Made by a program: the position numbers and the translations under genes
Notes under the pieces: model-generated
Database searches by the model: none
Told to the model about the DNA's origin: nothing
The model's input: the letters and a program-made list of their open reading frames with translations, nothing else
Source of the DNA: Eledone cirrhosa
Lineage: Eukaryota
Assembly: GCA_964016885.1 (NCBI GenBank)
Contig: OZ024740.1
Coordinates: 420,298,001 to 420,362,000 of the forward strand
Length of the DNA: 64,000 nt
Direction: 5' to 3'
Part shown: positions 59,401 through 64,000 of the stretch, in pieces
How positions within the stretch are numbered: position 1 is the stretch's first letter
How the letters are laid out: every line of letters starts with the position of its first letter

Positions 59401-61313
59401 AGAGTTTGTGGTGCCAGTCTACATATGTGGTGGGAAAGAGGTGGAGTTGGAGGTGACAGTCTACATATGTGGTGGGAAGGATGTAGAGTTGGATGTGACA
59501 GTCTACATATGTGGTGGGAAAGAGGTAGAGTTGGAGGTGATAGTCTACATATGTGGTGGGAATGATGTAGAGTTGGTGGTGAGTCTACATATGTGGTGGG
59601 AAATAGGTAAAGTTGAAGGTGACAGTCTACATATGTGGTGGGAAAGAGGTAGAGTTGGAGGTGAGAGTCTACATATGTGGTGGGAATGATGTAGAGTTGG
59701 AGGTGACAGTCTATATATGTGGTGGGAATGATGTAGAATTGGAGGTAACAGTCTACATATGTGGCAGGAATGATGTAGAGTTGGAGGTGACAGTCTACAT
59801 ATGTGGTGGGAGTGATGTAAAGTTGGATGTGACAGTCTATATATGTGGTGGGAATGATGTAGAGTTGGAGGTGACAGTCTACGTATGTGGTGGGAATAAT
59901 GTAGAGTTGGAGGTGACAGTCCACATATGTGGTGGGAATGATGTACAGTTGGAGGTGACAGTCTACATATGTTGTAGGAATGATGTAGAGTTGGATGTGA
60001 CAGTCTACATATGTGGTGGGCATGACGTAGAGTTGGTGCTTACAGTCTACATAAGTGGTGGGAATGATGTAGAGTTGGAGGTGACAGTCTACATATGTGG
60101 TGGGCATGACATAGAGTTGGTGCTTACAGTCTACATATGTGGTGGGAATGGTGTAGAGTTGGAGGTGACAGTCTACATATGTGGTGAGCATGACATAGAG
60201 TTGGTGCTTACAGTCTACATATGTGGTGGGAATGATGTAGAGTTGGAGGTCACAGTATACATATGTGGTGGGAATGATGTAGAGTTGGAGGTCACAGTAT
60301 ACATATGTGGTGGGAATGATGTAGATTTGGAGATGACAGTCTACATATGTGGTGGGAATGATGTAGATTTGGAAGTGACAGTCTACATATGTTGTGGGAA
60401 TGATGTAGAGTTGGGGGTGACAGTCTACATATGTGGTGGGAATGATGTAGAGTTGGAGGTAACAGTCTACATATGTGGTGGGAATGATATAGTGTTGGGG
60501 GTGACAGTCTACATATGTGGTGGGAATGATATAGAGTTGGGGGTGACAGTCTACATATGTTGTGGGAATGATGTAGAGTTGGGGGTGACAGTCTACATAT
60601 GTGGTGGGAATGATGTAGAGTTGGAGGTAACAGTCTACATATGTGGTGGGAATGATATAGTGTTGGGGGTGACAGTCTACATATGTGGTGGGAATGATAT
60701 AGAGTTGGGGGTGACAGTCTACATATGTTGTAGGAATGATGTAGAGTTGGATGTGACAGTCTACATATGTGGTGGGAATGATATAGAGTTGGGGGTGACA
60801 GTCTACATATGTGGTGGGAATGATATAGAGTTGGGGGTGACAGTCTACATATGTGGTGGGAATGATATAGAGTTGGGGGTGACAGTCTACATATGTGGTG
60901 GGAATGATGTACAATTGTTATAAAAAGATTCTCAGAGTTATTTATATTCAACATTTGTAAGAAGACTTATAATTGCGGGTTGATACAAGTTGTGGCTTTA
61001 ATTCCTAGAGTCATATTTCTATCTTTTAGAAGGGATTAAATTCTTAATTTTCATGCATATTTCAAAAGAGAAAATACTGCAGACTATATTATGTCCAATG
61101 ACAGAAATGAAACAGGAAAAATGAATAAAGTAAAAAAGGGAGATTTTTTAATGATCAAATGCAACGTGTAAAGCTGCAACTTAATACCATAATTAACGTG
61201 TTTCATCACAAGGAAACAAATTAAAACGTAGCAATACTTTCTAAAGCATATTTTTAATATTTTATCTCAATGTTTCTGATCTGTCCATGACCTAATTCTT
61301 CTTTTTTCAACAG

Positions 61314-61350
61314 TCACCATTTTGTTCACATTGCTAACATCCTTAACAAG
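61314..61350 (+). CDS. Putative 37-bp internal exon of an unidentified gene
   Basis: Preceded by branch-like CCTAAT, pyrimidine tract TCTTCTTTTTTC and AACAG| (AG ends 61313), and followed by AAG|GTATCG. Two frames are open: xHHFVHIANILNK or xTILFTLLTSLT(R). Support is signal-based only, with no homology recognised. Confidence 0.4.
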
Positions 61351-61369
61351 GTATCGATTGTCACACACA

Positions 61370-61497
61370 CTTTACCTCTTCTCCCTCTCTATCTATCTCT
61401 TTCTGTCCCCTTTTTTCTCTCCCTTCCTTTCTCTCTATTTCTCTTTTTCTCTCCCTCCCCTCCCTTTATCTATCTCTTTACCCCACCCCCCTCTCTA

Positions 61498-61565
<68 letters not shown>
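61370..61565 (+). repeat. Polypyrimidine tract ending in a perfect (CT)28 microsatellite
   Basis: Degenerate C/T-rich sequence from ~61370 grades into pure CT dinucleotides at 61509-61564. Confidence 0.97.
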
Positions 61566-61568
<3 letters not shown>

Positions 61569-61757
61569 AACTCCAGACACACTGTCTTATATGAGAACTC
61601 ATTATTTCATCATCACAATAGTTGCTTTTAACATCTATTTCTTTCCTTGGCCTAGAAATGTCTGTTACCAGAACAAACCATGTCTATCTCTCCTCTGTCA
61701 GTTCCAACATAAAGCTTAACTCTATTCTAACATATAATTACCTTTATTTCTTAACAG

Positions 61758-61803
61758 AATTAGTGAACATTGGTGTTGCTGGTTGACAAGGGAGTGTCTG
61801 TAA
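61758..61803 (+). CDS. Putative last coding exon (short coding tail then stop)
   Basis: Branch-point consensus TTCTAAC (CTAAC 61727-61731), then CCTTTATTTCTTAACAG| (AG ends 61757). Splicing from the 61350 donor gives ...ILNK-N-stop (TAG 61761-63) or ...TSLT-RISEHWCCWLTRECL-stop (TAA 61801-03). No AATAAA was seen between here and the 29-bp array. Confidence 0.35.
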
Positions 61804-62107
61804 CTAGGTGCAGAACAAACATCACAAGGCGTTTTGTTCAAGGACCACCAGTTTTTCGTTTTTTCTGTAATGCTTACATTTCTTGTGAATATACTTTAAC
61901 AAAAGATATATACACATACAGTGGGCTTCCGTGAAGTTTCCATCTACCAAATTCCACTCATAAGGTATTGATCAACCTCAGGCTATGATAGAAGACATCG
62001 AAAGTGCCACATAGAGAAATCAAATCAAAATTTTGTTTTACTTCTAATACAGTTCCTATTGAACATCAGCTTACAATCTTTCATATATAAGACACTTACT
62101 TATTAGC

Positions 62108-64000
62108 ACCTATCTCTATTACTACCCCTTCCCCAACATTCATTACTATCTATTACTACCCCTAACATCCACCTATCTCTATAACTACCCCTAACATCCA
62201 CCTATCTCTATAACTTCCCCTAACATCCACCAATCTCTATAACTTCCCCTAACATCCACCAATCTCTATAACTTCCCCTAACATCCACCCATCTCTATTA
62301 CTTCCCCTAACATCCACCAATCTCTATAACTTCCCCTAACATCCACCCATCTCTATTACTACCCCTAACATCCACCAATCTCTATTACTTCCCCTAACAT
62401 CCACCCATCTCTATTACTACCCCTAACATCCACCCATCTCTATAACTTCCCCTAACATCCACCCATCTCTATTACTACCCCTAACATCCACCTATCTCTA
62501 TTACTTCCCCTAACATCCACCAATCTCTATTACTACCCCTAACATCCACCCATCTCTATTACTTCCCCTAACATCCACCCATCTCTATAACTTCCCCTAA
62601 CATCCACCCATCTCTATAACTTCCCCTAACATCCACCCATCTCTATTACTTCCCCTAACATCCACCCATCTCTATTACTTCCCCTAACATCCACCCATCT
62701 CTATTACTACCCCTAACATCCACCCATCTCTATTACTTCCCCTAACATCCACCCATCTCTATAACTTCCCCTAACATCCACCCATCTCTATTACTTCCCC
62801 TAACATCCACCCATCTCTATTACTTCCCCTAACATCCACCTATCTCTATTACTTCCCCTAACATCCACCAATCTCTATAACTTCCCCTAACATCCACCCA
62901 TCTCTATTACTACCCCTAATATCCACCCATCTCTATTACTACCCCTAACATCCACCCATCTCTATAACTTCCCCTAACATCCACCCATCTCTATTACTTC
63001 CCCTAACATCCACCAATCTCTATAACTTCCCCTAACATCCACCCATCTCTATTACTACCCCTAACATCCACCCATCTCTATTACTTCCCCTAACATCCAC
63101 CCATCTCTATAACTTCCCCTAACATCCACCAATCTCTATAACTTCCCCTAACATCCACCCATCTCTATTACTACCCCTAACATCCACCTATCTCTATTAC
63201 TTCCCCTAACATCCACCAATCTCTATAACTTCCCCTAACATCCACCCATCTCTATTACTACCCCTAATATCCACCCATCTCTATTACTACCCCTAACATC
63301 CACCCATCTCTATAACTTCCCCTAACATCCACCCATCTCTATTACTTCCCCTAACATCCACCAATCTCTATAACTTCCCCTAACATCCACCCATCTCTAT
63401 TACTACCCCTAACATCCACCCATCTCTATAACTTCCCCTAACATCCACCCATCTCTATTACTACCCCTAACATCCACCCATCTCTATAACTTCCCCTAAC
63501 ATCCACCCATCTCTATTACTACCCCTAACATCCACCAATCTCTATTACTTCCCCTAACATCCACCCATCTCTATTACTACCCCTAACATCCACCCATCTC
63601 TATTACTACCCCTAACATCCACCCATCTCTATTACTTCCCCTAACATCCACCCATCTCTATTACTACCCCTAACATCCACCCATCTCTATTACTTCCCCT
63701 AATATCCACCCATCTCTATTACTACCCCTAACATCCACCCATCTCTATTACTACCCCTAACATCCACCCATCTCTATAACTTCCCCTAACATCCACCCAT
63801 CTCTATTACTTCCCCTAACATCCACCCATCTCTATTACTACCCCTAACATCCACCCATCTCTATTACTTCCTCTAACATCCACCCATCTCTATTACTTCC
63901 CCTAATATCCACCCATCTCTATAACTTCCCCTAACATCCACCCATCTCTATTACTACCCCTAACATCCACCCATCTCTATTACTACCCCTAACATCCACC
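62108..64000 (+). repeat. 29-bp minisatellite array, ~64 units, truncated by the right window edge
   Basis: Consensus CCCCTAACATCCACC[C/A/T]ATCTCTAT[T/A]ACT[T/A], period 29 (e.g. ATCCACC at 62341 and 62370). Degenerate copies at 62108-62150, regular thereafter. Confidence 0.99.

Larger units (their letters stand above)
1..60917 (+). repeat. 42-bp tandem satellite array, ~1450 head-to-tail monomers, truncated by the left window edge
   Basis: The consensus GGAGGTGACAGTCTACATATGTGGTGGGAATGATGTAGAGTT recurs every 42 bp (14-aa period EVTVYICGGNDVEL in the ORF track). I saw no inversion or foreign insertion. It ends abruptly at ...GGAATGATGTACAATTG|TTATAAAAAG. Typical monomers differ from consensus by only a few substitutions. 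The consensus contains NdeI (CATATG) and AccI (GTCTAC) sites. Confidence 0.99.
60918..62107. other. AT-rich non-repetitive island between the two tandem arrays (intron-like, eukaryotic)
   Basis: Composition switches sharply from the G-rich satellite to A/T-rich low-periodicity sequence. It contains a CT microsatellite and splice-like signals but no long ORF. Confidence 0.85.

Noticed and set aside
1-60917. CRISPR array: the TCTAC...GTAGA stem recalls the Cas12a direct-repeat stem and 42 bp is near repeat size
   Set aside because: Monomers are directly adjacent with no unique spacers, the loop is long and constant, there are no cas genes, and the context looks eukaryotic.
1-60917. Diversity-generating or antigenic-variation cassette system
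   Set aside because: Variation is low-level and inherited in blocks by duplication, not concentrated at adenines or in a variable region. No reverse transcriptase, recombinase or expression locus is present.
1-60917. Chi-like recombination signal (TGTGGTGG vs GCTGGTGG)
   Set aside because: Only a 6/8 match, and Chi is specific to bacterial RecBCD. It has no predictive value here.
1-60917. Calling the array a centromere
   Set aside because: HOR structure alone does not show centromere function. It would need CENH3/CENP-A ChIP and chromosomal context.
6-60954. The ORFs of the ORF track within the array as real protein-coding genes
   Set aside because: They arise because 42 is divisible by 3 and the consensus lacks stops in three frames. 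Frameshifts and stops are copied faithfully through HORs, most common variants change the amino acid, many starts are TTG/GTG, and ORFs overlap on both strands with no unique domains.
61029-61130. Additional exon after TTTCTATCTTTTAG with donor AAA|GTAAAA
   Set aside because: All three frames contain stops and the donor is weak. The AATAAA at 61124-61129 is unremarkable in AT-rich DNA.
61322-61570. 82-aa ORF ending in SLSLSL
   Set aside because: Mostly a translation of the CT microsatellite. Only its first ~10 codons overlap the candidate exon.
62108-64000. True telomere or long-unit yeast-type telomeric repeat
   Set aside because: Hexamers are not tandem, units vary at several sites, the array starts with decayed copies, and the orientation is wrong for a right-hand chromosome end.
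60000-64000. Common origin of the 42-mer and the reverse-complemented 29-mer (TAGAGTTGGAGGTG vs TAGAGATGGGTGG)
   Set aside because: The similarity is limited to about 10 bases of low-complexity G/A/T-rich sequence, which cannot be distinguished from chance.

Overview
This window looks eukaryotic and is about 98% tandem repeat. Bases 1-~60917 are one uninterrupted, single-orientation satellite array of a 42-bp monomer (consensus GGAGGTGACAGTCTACATATGTGGTGGGAATGATGTAGAGTT, ~1450 copies, G-rich on +) that continues off the left edge. Variant monomers reveal nested higher-order repeats (HORs) of 2177/2178, 4355, 2816, ~6900, 725 and 1133 bp. The central 33.7 kb reads as one internally inflated copy of a ~5.1-kb unit seen at 720-5797. 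A ~1.2-kb AT-rich unique island (60918-62107) follows. It holds a (CT)n tract and two candidate + strand exons with canonical spliceosomal signals, which, if real, would put the >61-kb satellite inside an intron. From ~62108 to the right edge is a different 29-bp minisatellite with no G on the + strand and one CCCTAA per unit. The many repeat-derived ORFs are best explained as by-products of a stop-free 42-bp (14-codon) unit. I found no recognisable gene, RNA gene, transposon or CRISPR array. All coordinates and spacings were read by eye or taken from the ORF track, not computed by alignment.
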